A program made the translations under genes and the position numbers. The notes beneath the pieces were generated by a model, which did no database searches, had not been told where the DNA came from, and worked only from the letters and a program-made list of their open reading frames with translations. A DNA stretch of 63,839 nucleotides, filler included, from Phoronis australis (lineage: Eukaryota; Animalia; Phoronida): the NCBI GenBank assembly GCA_002633005.1. It is 9 parts of 9 records of this genome, joined end to end, with 100 filler letters (N's around TTAATTAATTAA, not from the genome) between each part and the next. Parts side by side here need not be neighbours in the genome. Positions count along the whole stretch, not along the records: positions 25,594 to 51,893 come from NMRA01000608.1; positions 51,994 to 54,558 come from NMRA01003600.1; positions 54,659 to 57,470 come from NMRA01003409.1; positions 57,571 to 60,618 come from NMRA01003256.1; positions 60,719 to 62,477 come from NMRA01000818.1; positions 62,578 to 63,839 come from NMRA01001589.1; 3 more parts are not named here. One strand, written 5' to 3'. Every line of letters starts with the position of its first letter. The stretch's first letter is position 1. Below are positions 50,070-63,220 of this stretch, in pieces.

Positions 50070-51000
50070 TTATTTATTTATGTATTTAAACTTCTTTAAA
50101 AGACTGGGTGACCACTTAGTGAATACACTGATTTTCAAGTGGACCCAGTCGGAAATAATTACATGAAGTAAAATACCGAGAGCTGTGTACAATTAGATTG
50201 AAATGATATTAATAAATAAAATAAATTAGTATAAAATTAGTTAATATGTATAATTTGATGAAAAAATAACATAAAAAGAGTATAATAGTGATTAGCTGAG
50301 GCCTACAGTAACGAACCACGCACAAAGTCCCAGTACTTCTGTTTGAAGACGTGGACATTGGGCGCGATAGCGACGGCAATCCCCAGTGCGTTGTAAGCGA
50401 CATCTGTAAGCAAAAGTTCTTTTGCCACAGTTATTTTTAGGTTTAATTGGTACCAGGCAGCCAGAAACACTCGCTCTAGTATTGTAATTGTGAGAACCTC
50501 TGACTGCCTTGAATTTAGTAGTAACGAGGCTATGTGTGGCTTTGTATACCATTTAAATGAAAGGCACGCCTGCTAACCAGGCTTCGCCAACCAAGTTTAT
50601 CTAGGAGTTCAGAAATAGGAAAGTCATTATAAACGAGACTATTGTTGAGTATCAGCCTCCCAGCCTTGTTTTGTAATTTTTGAAGTCTATCCTGATGCAC
50701 AATTACCCCACACAACATCACAGTAATCAAAGTGTGGTACAATAAGACTCCTGTACAGAGTCCGAAGAATAGCCTAATCAACATAGCTCCTGACTCTGTA
50801 CAAAAGCCCAATCCGCTGAGAAACTTTTTTGCACACATAATCTACATGTTCGTCCCAAAGATAAGTTATTATCAATCATAACACCCAGATATTTATATTT
50901 CTCATCTCTTGCCTTGGGTGCCGTTTAATGGAAATATTGCTTGGAGACAACACAGCCAGCCTCTGTCTGCTACCAATAGTCATCACCTTGGTTTATCAAC
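50070..51000 (-). mobile_element. CR1/L2-group (Crack/Daphne-like) LINE 3' part
   Basis: With frameshifts: KYKYLGVMIDNNLS..HVDYVCKKVSQRIGLLYR...VPHFDYCDVVWGNC..RLQKLQNKAGRLIL...LGW...HNYNTR...GKRTFAY. 3' stem-loop CTGGGT...ACCCAG and TAAA tail. Confidence 0.85.
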
Positions 51001-51008
51001 ATTTAGTG

Positions 51009-51893
51009 CAGAGGCGGATTCAGAGGGGGCCCAGGGCCCCCCCCCCCCCTTGGCTGCCGCAAAAAATAAAACAGCAAGAGCGTAGGGAAATGTTGAGTTT
51101 ATTAATTTACCCCGCTAATTAAAATTATACGGATGAAACAAGTTTTAAATGTGTGCAGTTTTAGTGTTGATCCAATTTCAAGTGTCAAATTCAGAACACG
51201 GCGCATTCGTAACGGAACTATGGCTAAGTATAGGCTCTCCCGCGACATCCCAGGCGACCGGCTGTGGCGCTGCGCACTACGACTCCGTTTCCGTCGTCTG
51301 CTCCACTGTGCAATGAAGAAAATTTACTTCATTTTTTTAAATAAAGTGGAACCTGGGTGACGATGAAAAAATAGAAGCTGCTGGTAAGATGTGAATTTTA
51401 ATCGAAGCCTTAGTGAATCACTCAGAAACTTATAATTGTCTCTTTGTCAAACCTTAACTAAGACGATTTCCAAAGCAATCCCGTCATTATTGCCAACACG
51501 AAAAACGGATTTGGTCTTTTGGGCATTTGAAGACTATTTTAAATACAACAAATTTGTTAAGAACCGATTGCACAAAATATAAAACGTGTAATAAGCATTA
51601 CAAAAAGAAGTAGGTTTCGCACGCAAACGCTGTGGACCATAAACAAGGAGGTCTCTTGGCAAAAGATTAGTAGTAAATCATGGTGGTGCAGTGGTAAAGC
51701 ACGCGCGCTGTATCCGCCAAGTCGTGAGTTCGAGTCTGCGGTACTTGCAGTTTTTCCTGTTTGACACGTTCTCAGTGTTTTGTTTGTTGCCTTTTGTTCT
51801 TAGATAATACTTCAAAAGTCAAGGAAAATGCTTGATTTTTAGAGGAAAAAACAGAAAAATTTCCTGGGCGGGAGGAGGGTTTGCCCCCCCCCC
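51009..51893. mobile_element. Non-autonomous hAT-like element of about 1 kb, left part, inserted in the LINE
   Basis: Starts CAGAGGCGGATTCAG; body closely similar to 60719-61510. Confidence 0.75.
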
Positions 51894-52253
51894 NNNNNNN
51901 NNNNNNNNNNNNNNNNNNNNNNNNNNNNNNNNNNNNNTTAATTAATTAANNNNNNNNNNNNNNNNNNNNNNNNNNNNNNNNNNNNNNNNNNNNCTGATCA
52001 CAATGAACTTAAAAGAAAACGGGTATTTTGATGTGGCCAAATAAAAGTCTTACTGAGTTTCTATCGGGTGTCTTGTGCAATGTGCAATTCAGGCATCGAA
52101 ACACCTGCTTTTCGTAATATGTTCTAGCAAATCTACAGTCTTAAGCAACTTCCCCTATAGAAGACTAAACACACACCACACAATCTTTACAAGTTAAATA
52201 AGAACTGAGCAATGAGCATTTCATAGAAGTTAACTTGTAGGACAAAATCTAAC

Positions 52254-53927
52254 CTGTAAAAATCTCATCTATGTTACTGCGTAACTCTTGCATGGTCTTC
52301 TCCAGTTGTTTCTTCTCAGAAGTCATATTCTGAATGGTCGCACGCACCTCAAACAGTTTACACATTTCTGTAGTCAATTGAGCCTTCCTTTCCTTAAAAC
52401 GACCAAAAAAACATTTCAATTTTATAAAGATTTTTTTACATAAGAACTATTCCGAATCGTACTTTGACATACAAGTTAATCAGAACTGAAAAATTCAAAC
52501 AGTTTGCACAGTAACACCAATTTGTACCTTGGAAGCAGAGATTGACTAAATGATTGTTATAATAAGTTATTGAACCTTGCTTTGGTAAAATGACTATTAC
52601 CTTGGGACATCCCACTTTACACAATGGTGAGGTGAACGTTTCGATTTAATTTCGCGAAACAAAAAAAATCGAGTTGTGAAATAAGCCACATTCATTTTCT
52701 GTGGTGATACCATGACAGAAATGGGTGTAATTTTTGGCTCACTGAACGGGTTCAATCTGACGTTATTTTAATTGAATTTGGCCACTTTTGACCCACCTAT
52801 GTGGTGCTCAATATACCCATGTCACTACTGAAAATAACACTGACAGTGAAAAAAATCATCCAACAAATTGTTTCCAATTATTGTGAAAGGACACTATTCC
52901 AAAATGAGAAAGTCAGGCATATTATATACCGGTAAGCACAAATCGACTGTTTCGAAGCACGGCATGTTTCGGTAGATACTTCCATTATTGACAAACTCAT
53001 CAAAAGGCAAATAAGCAAACAGTATCCATGATTATTACGTGACAGAGCTGAAATCCACTTGTACCAAACAATACTCAACACTGGCACTTAAATGGAAAAC
53101 TCCATGGACAGTCTTCAAGGGAACCATATGTTAAGTAGATTAAAACTAAAGTTACATTCAACTTTCAGAGGCTATCACTTCCCGAGTGATTTAAGATTTT
53201 AAGATTCAACCACCCTCATTTGTCCCAAAAGCGTGTCCTAGGCTGATTTTTAGAAGATTGTACTAGTACGCACACACTGGGCATATATCTTTGCTGGGCA
53301 TAAGTTAAAGAAACCTCTGCAGGGAGCAACTATGTATCTCCCTATTACCTGAACTGGTCTTAGTTTCTCGTTGACCTCATCCAATTTCACCGCCACCTGA
53401 TCCCTTCTCATCTGCACGTCGGCCATGTTGTTGTGGAGCTCCTCTGCTCGTTCTTTATTTTGCTTCAAGTACTTGATCTCTGCTTTGTACGCCGATGTCT
53501 CGGATGTCTAAGAAACAAGTATTATTACTACACAGAGGTCAAATTTGGCATACACCATTTGTTGCTGCTTCATGAGCTCATTCTCGAGGATCTATTGTCA
53601 GTTCTTCCAAAACTTGAAAATGATGATCTCTCTAACCTTTGGAGAAAAAGCAAATCAAAACCTCTGTTACTCCAATACGTGGGTGGAGCTTTTGACATTT
53701 CAGGGCTAAAACAAAAGTAAGATATGTGAAGTGTAGAAACAACTTACTTGAGTCGTCTTCACTTTGCGGATACTTTCGAGAGCCTTCACGTAACGCGTCG
53801 ATGCAAAGATGTCATCAAATCTCTGCTTCAGTGCCTTGCCTTCACTCAGCGGCCAGTTAGACTCCTCCTGGTGGCAGAAGATGACACTATCCAGGATCGG
53901 CTTGGACACGCCCAGGGCATGGATCAT
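52254..53927 (-). CDS. RAD50: DNA repair protein RAD50, three internal exons
   Basis: Exons 53927-53748 ([52 protein letters not shown]-loop), 53507-53349 (..[16 protein letters not shown]..) and 52392-52254 (coiled coil); phases are consistent. Confidence 0.95.
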
Positions 53928-54961
53928 CTGGAGAACGAGAGATCGGCAAGTGTGAAAAAAATACAACTGGAAGATATTCTGAGCCAGATTATTATCACTG
54001 ATACATCTACTAAATTCAGCCACTTAAAACACATTTCACTCTGATAATCTGGCTAAAAACAAAATTCGAATCTGGTCTTTTACTCTAATAAAATTGCTCT
54101 CAATATTCCATACTATGGATTCTATTTCTATTACCAACTCAAGTTATAGGCAATGCGTACACACGCCATTTTCAAAATCGCAATTTTTGGGTTGGCCAAC
54201 CCCAATACACTCTGAAGCGTTTTCCTGAAAGTCACGTGCAGTACGTGCTTGTACCAGTTTCAAATTCGCAATTTTAGGTTTGGCCAACTTGAATAAACTC
54301 AGAAAGCATTTTATCAAGTCGTTGGTGGTTTCAGTGTTCTGGTTGGTAACAGAAATCGAAACTTATCATGGTAAGGTATATTACGAGACCAATTGTTTAA
54401 CAGTAAAAATCCTGAGACAATTTTCGGTTCTAGCCTTTTGCAGCTTTTATTATTCAGTGTAGCCAGCCTTCCTCCTGGTGAGCTGCAGACATGCTCACTA
54501 ACAGTGTGTGCTTCCCCAACACCACTTTTCCACAAACAATTAGTCTGTAATTTCAGACNNNNNNNNNNNNNNNNNNNNNNNNNNNNNNNNNNNNNNNNNN
54601 NNTTAATTAATTAANNNNNNNNNNNNNNNNNNNNNNNNNNNNNNNNNNNNNNNNNNNNAACAAGAACAAATGCAATGCAGTTGATTGTTTTCTTACTATG
54701 TTTTTTTGAGATTTAGCAAATTCGCAAAATGTTGGCAGGGAATTGAAATTCACTTATATTAGAATCCATTATTTTGTGGTCTAAAAAAATATCAATATAT
54801 GGATGAACTCTGTCGTTTTGTCAGCAGCAAGTATGAACTGAGATAAATAGGTTTCAAGTTTTGCGATCATCACGTGCTAGTTTTGGTCAATTTTCACTGA
54901 AAATCTGGGCATGTAATGCTCCATAGTTCAAGGTCTAATTTTTTCACTCTACCACGATCTT

Positions 54962-55165
54962 CATGCGCGCACCCAGCTTAAAATATAAGGGGGCTCGAAT
55001 TTTTCGGTATGCGGACCTTTTACTGAAAGAAATCAACGAGGATTAAAAAGAAATGGGGCCACTAGGTTCAGGCCCACGAATTGTGCATCCTCGCCGACTT
55101 CTCGTGGAATTTGTGGTCTTTTTTCTCGTTTACTGGGATTTTTTGTTTCACTGAGTGCGCCCATG
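54962..55165. mobile_element. hAT5-like MITE (CATGCGCGCACCC family)
   Basis: TIR present; 5-bp TSD ATCTT at 54957-54961 and 55166-55170. Confidence 0.8.
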
Positions 55166-56196
55166 ATCTTATTTTTGGCATTTTCTATTCTACATTTGTG
55201 CGAGCTCAAGATAAATGTCTATTATTCTATGTTCATAATGGTTTACGTGGATAACTTTCTAGTTCTAATTTGCATTTGGTGACCCCAGTATTATTATGGC
55301 TAAAAGTTCGACTCGAGGCTATCCTGGGATCTTTAGAGTCAGCAACCTTTCAAATGTACTGTATGTATAGGGTATTCAGGACATAGAGATGGGATCAAAA
55401 TGACGACTTTGTGGCAATTTTGAATGATTTTATTTTTTTCACAAAAATTTAAATAGAGTATAAAAGGCCACGATTGCGCAAACAATTGAAATAGCCAAAA
55501 CTCCAAAAAATCAATATTAATGATCTCCACAGATATTTCAGGCAGGAAAACGAATTTGACAAAAAAAAAAACAAAAAAAAACATCTACCAGCAGTGGGTC
55601 GGTTGCAACGTCTTTTCACGAGCAGCCATAGCCTCTTTCCTCAACGTTATGTTCCAAAGTGTACGGGTCGCAAAGTTCGTATGAATGAAGCTTATTCAAC
55701 TTGTTTGCAAAGTATATTGGGTTGATGGAGATCGCGTTTTGTTTTTCAGAACGAGGCCGGCTGGATCGGGTTTTATGCAGTAGTTGTTGGAACCGCATCC
55801 GCAGTAATAACAGCCAGGTTGGTATGCGGGCTGTTGACGTAATATTTGCACCTTCTTCAATTGCGTCTCAGCTATAGTGCGAAAGCATCAATGAGTTCTC
55901 GTACATCAGTGGGCTTTTGCACCAAAAGTGAAAACGTTGGGCTTGGGGTGTCGAACAGCCTTTCACAACCTGTTTGTGTTTCCGCAGCAAACGGCGGTCT
56001 CGTTGGTAGCCAGCAACAATTACGCCAAGTTCGTGCTACAATTATAAGACGGAAAGTAAAAGTTCACCACACAAAGTGAAAGGTGACGTCCCTGTGGCCA
56101 TCCATCGACTGGTTAATTATAGGTTTAGCTTTCGCTAAAATCACTTGACTGTTGTAAATCTTGGTTAACCATAGAAAAACGCCTTTTTGCTTTCAG

Positions 56197-57470
56197 AGTG
56201 TCCGACATGTTTGCGGGTCATATGAAGGCGATCATTGCCCTGTGTCTCTTTCTGGCTGGTTTGGCCTGTACCTGGTCGGTCTTGCTCCTTGGTGGTTACA
56301 TTCCGTTTAACATTGGTATGTGGACCAGTCAAGGCTACAACCATGCATGCACGCCACAAGGCACACGAACCTCCTTGCCAAGGAACTCAAGTTTAAATTG
56401 TCTACATTTGTTTCTTCATTTCCTGCCCCTCTGTTTTCAACATCTTGTCACATTTTCTGTTTTACCGATCGGGAAAATGAATATATTCTGAGGAGTTTTG
56501 ATATGACACCACTTCAAATCTTCACAATACGTTTCCATTCTGTAGCGGCCTTCAGCGGCTATTGCCATTGCTGCGAATCGAGAAAATTTATTTTCTTGTA
56601 GTTTGAAAAATAACATCAGGTTGTGTTGAAGCACTGATGTACAATGGAGGTGCTCAATAGAAAAATTCCCAGCAATCATGGTCTTTATGACATTTGATCT
56701 ACAAAAAGCTGAACTTGAATTTCTATATTGAACATGAAATAGTCTTGTTTGAAAACTTTATCGAGAAGTCTGTGGCGCCGGTTTCACCCTAGGGGTTTTT
56801 GTTTCAGTTCAGATGTACGTGTCTTCCATCCTTGTTTCGGTCTTTGAGAACGGCGCGGCGCCATTAATGTTCGAGCTGGCTTGCGAGACGAGTTACCCAG
56901 TGGCCGAGGCTGTGTCTGTGGCTATGATGGCATTCCTTGGAAATCTAGTTGGCATAATATTCCTGTTGCTGCTGATGATACCAGGCATAGGTGAGTCCTA
57001 CCACGGGTGCACGTCAATCGGGTATTGAACAAATAAGTGAGAAGGCTAGCGTCTTGAATGTCGGACAACCTCAGGCAGGATTATTTCAGTCGGGATTTCA
57101 GTTTATAATTAACCACACGATCATCCTAGTGTTAGGACGTGGAGTTAGAAGGCCAACGTCACGGCCGCGTCGTTATGTGTACTTATTGTAACATACGGGG
57201 CGTGCCGGGCAATTGTCAGAAATGCGGCACTTGTCCAAAACGATTGCTGATCCATTTGTCACCACGGATAGGGTCGGACTGACATGCATTTGTGGATCCG
57301 AGCATGGCTGATCTATGAAGATATCGCAATGTGGGATCATGTCCGGCAGCGGGTTTACGAACGTAGAAGGAGAATAAACAGTGTTTGTTTAGTCAGCGCA
57401 TGCAGTTTCACCAACTGAACTTTATCACCTGATTCATAAATCTATCCTTCTTGTGTTACAGGGGCTATTT
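56197..57470 (+). CDS. SLC49A4: MFS transporter, SLC49A4/DIRC2-like, internal exons
   Basis: Exons 56197-56315 and 56808-56990 (..MYVSSILVSVFENGAAPLMFELACETSYPVAEAVS..) and an exon start at 57462. FEL..ET.YPV.E is characteristic of the SLC49 family. Confidence 0.8.
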
Positions 57471-58224
57471 NNNNNNNNNNNNNNNNNNNNNNNNNNNNNN
57501 NNNNNNNNNNNNNNTTAATTAATTAANNNNNNNNNNNNNNNNNNNNNNNNNNNNNNNNNNNNNNNNNNNNTAATGTTGTGTAGTCTCCGAATGGAACTGC
57601 ATAGTCATAGAGCACACACGGGGCTTCAGCATCCACACACTTTTTGCCAGTTAGTTGACCCTGTTGACCGCAATTGTCCACGACGTATTTCGATAAAAAT
57701 TCCATCTTTTACCAGTTGTTTACATGCAGACAGCCACGCATGCGCAATTCAATCACCACTAGTACAGCAGCGACACCGCGAGGAGAATTCTCCGAATAGC
57801 CCCATTAGTTTGCAAAATTCATGAAGGCATAGAATTCGCCATTTCCATTCCATAAGTGAAGATTTTTCACCTGAAGTGCAAGATAATGTTTGGGTCTACG
57901 AACACAGCCCTGTATATAACATTCAGAGCCCAGTCTCAATACCCACATTAAACAAGTCAAAAATGAAATTTAATCAAACAATCAATGAATCAATATTTAA
58001 GTCATTAAATGGCAAGCTCCAAACAAAGCAAAGCTATTACACAATTGGGTGATTCACACAACACATGTCATGAAGTTCACTAGTCACTTACTGAGAAGGA
58101 TTTTGAGTCTGGTGAGTCAGACGTTTTTTACCTATTGAACATCATGTCGAAAAGCAATGAAAAACCATCATGGCAATATGTCATGATAAACAATCAACCT
58201 CCATATCAACTATATACTCTCTCT

Positions 58225-58443
58225 ATACACACCCTCCTCCAATCATGGCACGCAACAGATCAACAACCTCCTTCAATCATGACACAGTACAGATCAACAC
58301 CCTCCTCCAATCATGACACAGAACAGATCAACACTCTCCTCCAATCATGACACAGTACAGATCAGCACTCTCCTCCAATCGTGACAGTACAGATCAGCAC
58401 CCTTCTCCAATCATGACAGTACAGATCAGCACCCTCCTCCAAT
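58225..58443. repeat. Intronic minisatellite, about 30-32 bp unit, about 7 copies
   Basis: Unit ACAGTACAGATCAACACCCTCCTCCAATCATG(AC). Confidence 0.9.
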
Positions 58444-58576
58444 AATCAGTCATCAATAGTTGGGGGATGATTTGAGAATTTTTGAAATCCACAAAATTTC
58501 ATATAAAGAAGCAGAAAGCATAGTGAGTAGAGGAACACTCGTGCTAGAGACTGTCCATCCATGTTCTTATAGTTAC

Positions 58577-60447
58577 CTGGATGGGGCTTTCCACCAACAT
58601 AAGCTGTGCTTGTAGACTGAAATAAACATGACAAATTAAAGATGAGCACATTTAAACTGTCTTCAGGGTGAGTACAGAGCGACCGCAATAAAATGAAACA
58701 GGAATAATACAAAACACAGTTACTGTTGTGGAAATAGCAAAAAATGTCTGTGGGCATAATTTTTTTTTACGAAAATAGAAGTGGAAGGTGGGAAATATTA
58801 CTGCAGAACTAATACGGACGCCTTGAGAACAGGTCAAATAGCTGGTGAACGGCCACCATTCTAACATGCCATGAACATTCCCACTAAACGAGATGACGTT
58901 CCAACCTCACTGATCAGGGAAAACATGCAGTGGGGTTTGGCCAATTGAACTAGACTGTATTTATCCACCTTGGCTGTGTTGCACTCAGCTCACAATCTAA
59001 GGGATCCCGCCTAGCTGCATCGAGTCACGAGAGAGGATAATTGGCTTCGCTCATGCAGATACGATCAGCTGATTACAATCTAGCCTAGATGACCATACTT
59101 TTTATGAAGAGCGTTTTACGTTGAGTATAATGTTTGAAAAGAGAGAAAAAAAATGTTGGTACAACTTTGAATTTTTCAATTCGGCCCAGGATAAGAGACT
59201 TAGCCACACAGCAACACTCACGATGACTTTCATTTGGCGCGCAAATATACAAAAATATAGGACCCAAGTTATTTTTTAAATAAGTTTTTTTTTTAAATTT
59301 TGGAACATAATGCGATATTCAAAATACGTTTAACATAGCTCTCACAAGCTGTAAAACGACGTTGTTTAATTTCATTGTGCTCATTCATCGTCATCAGTCA
59401 AATCTGAAATTTCCAAGACGTGATCTGCGGCGTGCGCTTATAAGCATTAATGTATACAAAACACGGGATCGTTATGTTCCTGAAGTACGAACATTACGAA
59501 ACTTTAGCATGCCGTTATTATTGACAGGGACACGATAAAATGAATGTGATCAGCACAATTTTTTTTGAAAAATTATTGTAATTTAACAACGGAAGTTGAT
59601 AACAATGCACCACAATTTTGTAGAAAGACTGTCATAGGCTACAAATATGTCACAGAGCGTAAATTTGACGAAAACTAGCTTCCGATTTTACCCGTTTGGG
59701 AAACCGGGTTTCAACTGCCGTGGGCTACAATAAGCGTCCCCTCCCCGTGAAATGAATTATTCTAAGCGTTTATTAGAGCCAATACAGTATAAAGCTTTCC
59801 ACCAAAGCCACGTGATGCTACGACATTATTCTTTGTTGCAGAGGTCTTGGCTAATTATCATTTTATGGCCTGGTCATCCATTCAGCCAAAAGTAGTTCCA
59901 AAGGTGGCTTATCAGCCAATTATTCACGCATGCTGACTCACAATAGAAGCCTGATAAGAGTGAAGGTGGATAAATGCGGTGTTCCTACAGTTTCTTGTGG
60001 TAGTGGATGTGTTCACGATATGTAAAATGGTCAATGGCATGCTACCGTAGTAATTGTCCATGAGGTGCGGGTGCATCCCCACCATATACCTCTGCGTGAA
60101 CTTCCATCAAAATCCCGTTAAGTAATTGAGAAATAATACACATTTAAGTAACAATCAAAGCACACACCCCGTCCACATTCACTGTTGCTCCATAGTAGAC
60201 ATCATAACTTTCACCTTTCTCCAGTGGTCTGTTCACATACCCATTGTATGTTTTACCGTCACCAATGACAAACTTGGTTCCATCTGAGGATACCTCACTG
60301 GGGTTTAGTAAAGCGGCTACGTAACAAGATAATCCCTGTGATTGAGAGTCCGCATAAGTAACAAGAGCTGGGTTCACTTGAGAGCGACATGGACTGGTGT
60401 CTTGTTTTCTTCTGACAGACTTTGTTTCTACTACGAGGATATAGTGA
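58577..60447 (-). CDS. Receptor-type tyrosine phosphatase-like membrane-proximal ectodomain exons
   Basis: Exon 60447-60168 (HYILVVE...YVAALL...FVIGDGKTYNGYVNRPLEKGESYDVY) and exon 58616-58577. F.IGD..TY.GY.N.PL is typical of RPTP juxtamembrane FN3-like domains. Confidence 0.75.
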
Positions 60448-60718
60448 CTGAAACATCAAAAGTATGACCGTTAAAATTTACTCCTTCTAAGAAAGCAACT
60501 GATATGAGAGTCATAAAAACTAATTGGATATTACATGATGTTAGCTCCAAAGTTTTGATCAAGGTCACATGATTATGCCGAGGTTCTCACAGGTGTGAAC
60601 TTACATACTCTACATAGTNNNNNNNNNNNNNNNNNNNNNNNNNNNNNNNNNNNNNNNNNNNNTTAATTAATTAANNNNNNNNNNNNNNNNNNNNNNNNNN
60701 NNNNNNNNNNNNNNNNNN

Positions 60719-61622
60719 AACAAGATTTAAATGTGTGCAATTTTAGTGTTTGGGGGGAGGGGGCTCAGATCCAATTTCAAATGTCAAATTCGCAACACGG
60801 CGCAATCATAACGGAACTATGGCTAAGTATAGGCTCTCCCGCGATATCCCAGGCGACCGGCAGTGGCGCTACTCATTACGACTCCGTTTCCGTCGTCTGC
60901 TCCACTGTGCAATGAAGAAAATTACTTCATTTTTAAAGAAAATAGAATCTGAGTGACGATGAAAAAACAGAAGCTGCTGATAAGATGAGAATTTTAATCG
61001 AAGCCTTAGTGAATCACTCAGAAACTCATAATTCTCTCTTTGTCAAACCTTAACTTAAGACGATTTCCAAAGCAGTCGCGTCATTGCCAGCACAAAAAAC
61101 GGATTTGGTCTTTTGGGCAATTGAAGATTATTTTAAATATAACAAAATTTGTTACGAACTGATTGCACAAAATATAAAACGTGTAATAAGCATTACAAAA
61201 AGAAGTAGGTTTCGCGCGCAAACGCTGTGGACCATAAACAAGTAGGTCTCTTTGTAACAACGTAGGAGCTAAATCGTGGTGGTACAGTGGTAAAGCGCGC
61301 GCGTTCTATCCGAAAGGTCGCGACTTCGAGTTTATGGTTTTGCAGTTTTTCTTGCTTGACAAGTTCTCCGTTTTTTTGTTTTGTTTTGTTTTGTTTTTGT
61401 TTTTTCTTTTTTCTTGGATAATACTTCAGGAATTAAGGAAAGTGCTTGATTTTTATAGGAAAAAAACAGAAAAATTTCCTGGGCGGGTGGGGGGCAAACC
61501 CCCGCCCGATCTCCCCCCATTCGGTGCCATGCGCNCATCTACAATCGTGGTTCACTTTGCGCAAATGTTTACAGCCGGACAAAATGTTGGCCCCCCCTTG
61601 TGATATCCTAGATCCGCCACTG
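60719..61622. mobile_element. Non-autonomous hAT-like element of about 1 kb, right part
   Basis: Homologous to 51140-51893; ends TAGATCCGCCACTG, complementary to the CAGAGGCGGAT start of the other copy. Confidence 0.75.
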
Positions 61623-62394
61623 CATATCTTTACTTACTATTCTGCACGATTTAGCAGTGTTCACCAAATTTCAGCCTCGCAGTTGTTACTCATTAAGTAA
61701 TGAATGTGCTCACAATTCCCGTTGGACTTCGTCTCATTTCTGGCGGCACCTACATTGTCGACTTTTGCTGAACTGAAAGGCAAGTTCAATGGGCTTCTTT
61801 GTAATTTGTGAAGATTTAACGTTGATACATTTTGACAAACGTTGCTACAAAAAAGAAAATTTGTTCAATTTTCGTGTTTTTTTTGTGTTTGTGGCCAGCG
61901 ACCAGTTAGGCCTAAGGGTAGCCTTGGCGCAAAGATGCATAGGCCTACTAACAAGCTGTATTTTGACGATAGTCTTTACTGGTAGCTGGTGACTGAGGCT
62001 AAATGTGGTCTGCCGCGGCAGTGTGACACAGGACTAACTAGCCCGTAATTTCATGCAAGTGTCTGAAACTACCCTTGAATATATGCAGCATTTATGGTTT
62101 GACCATTTTACTTCGACAAAACAGCTTGCAACCGCATGCATTTACCGTTCGCCAGTGTTTAGTCTCGATCCGCACCGGGTCCGATAGGCTGAGGTCCCGA
62201 GTCTGGCAAAATAATTTCTGTCAAAATTTATTCGCCACATTTCTTCAGCAAATTCGATAAAATTCCCGTAGTTTGATATTAAAATTAAGGCGCGCTGTCG
62301 ATTATTTTATCCCCGTTTGCTGGCTGGTAACAGTACAGGCACTGCTCCAGTCGCACTGACGGCGTTTTCTCGGCCTGGGTTCCTGAATGAATTG

Positions 62395-62454
62395 TACTTC
62401 CGGGTTCGCGGCAAGTTCAAAATGGCGGTGTTTCTTCGGGTGCGAATCGTGAGT
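62395..62454 (+). promoter_or_regulatory. Possible gene 5' end (ETS- and YY1-like motifs, short ATG exon)
   Basis: CTTCCGGGT, then AAAATGGCGG; ATG at 62422 gives MAVFLRVRI followed by GTGAGT; locally CpG-rich. Confidence 0.3.
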
Positions 62455-63121
62455 GGCGCGTTCATTTAAACTGTTTTNNNNNNNNNNNNNNNNNNNNNNN
62501 NNNNNNNNNNNNNNNNNNNNNTTAATTAATTAANNNNNNNNNNNNNNNNNNNNNNNNNNNNNNNNNNNNNNNNNNNNGTATCTTGCAAAACAATATCCAG
62601 TTTTGTGCATTTTAAATGCTGAAAGGCATGAAATCAAACACAGGCTGGGTTCAACAGAACGAGTTCGTAATTAACGTGTCTCCGAGGCACTGCGTCACTG
62701 CCTCTTCTGTTTTTTGTTTTAGATAACGTGCCTCACGATGGTCTACATCCTTTTACCATTGGCGACTTTGCCACCGGTGACGGATGCGTTTCCCTTCCTA
62801 ATATCAAGGAAGCCATACGTGAGTTCAATGCCATGTAGTGAATGTTTATGCATTCCTTTTATTTCAAAGGCAGGAATAATTCTTACAATGAAATTAACTC
62901 CTCAACCAAGTCATCAAATGAAAACCTGATAGTTACACCCGCAGATAAATTCTTAATTTTTTGCTAGACTAAATTTAAATTACTTTTTGGAAATAGTTTT
63001 TAGAGAGTAATACCAAATGTCTGTCTTAAATCTTGCGTCACTTTGATTAAACAGAATCCTGGCACAACCTGTTTAAAAGTAATAGATATATAGTGAAGCT
63101 CCACAATTGTACTCCTTTCAG

Positions 63122-63220
63122 GTTTGTTGAGATCAAAATATGAAGCTTCCATGCCGATACAAGTTGTTTATGAAGACCAGCCACTGAATAACTACAACTT
63201 GCTCGTGAGAAGAATCCACG
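63122..63220 (+). CDS. Exon of SAM-dependent carboxyl methyltransferase (SABATH/Methyltransf_7-like)
   Basis: CTCCTTTCAG| LLRSKYEASMPIQVVYEDQPLNNYNLLVRRIH |GTAAGC; the V.Y.D.P.N motif; next acceptor at 63833. Confidence 0.65.

Noticed and set aside
53555-53636. Poison exon in a RAD50 intron
   Set aside because: A good acceptor is present but the donor is weak, and the flanking exons already join in phase; no support without RNA data.
58225-58443. Repeats of about 32 bp as a CRISPR array or coding repeat
   Set aside because: No spacers; it lies in an intron, and the overlapping ORF is a repeat artefact.
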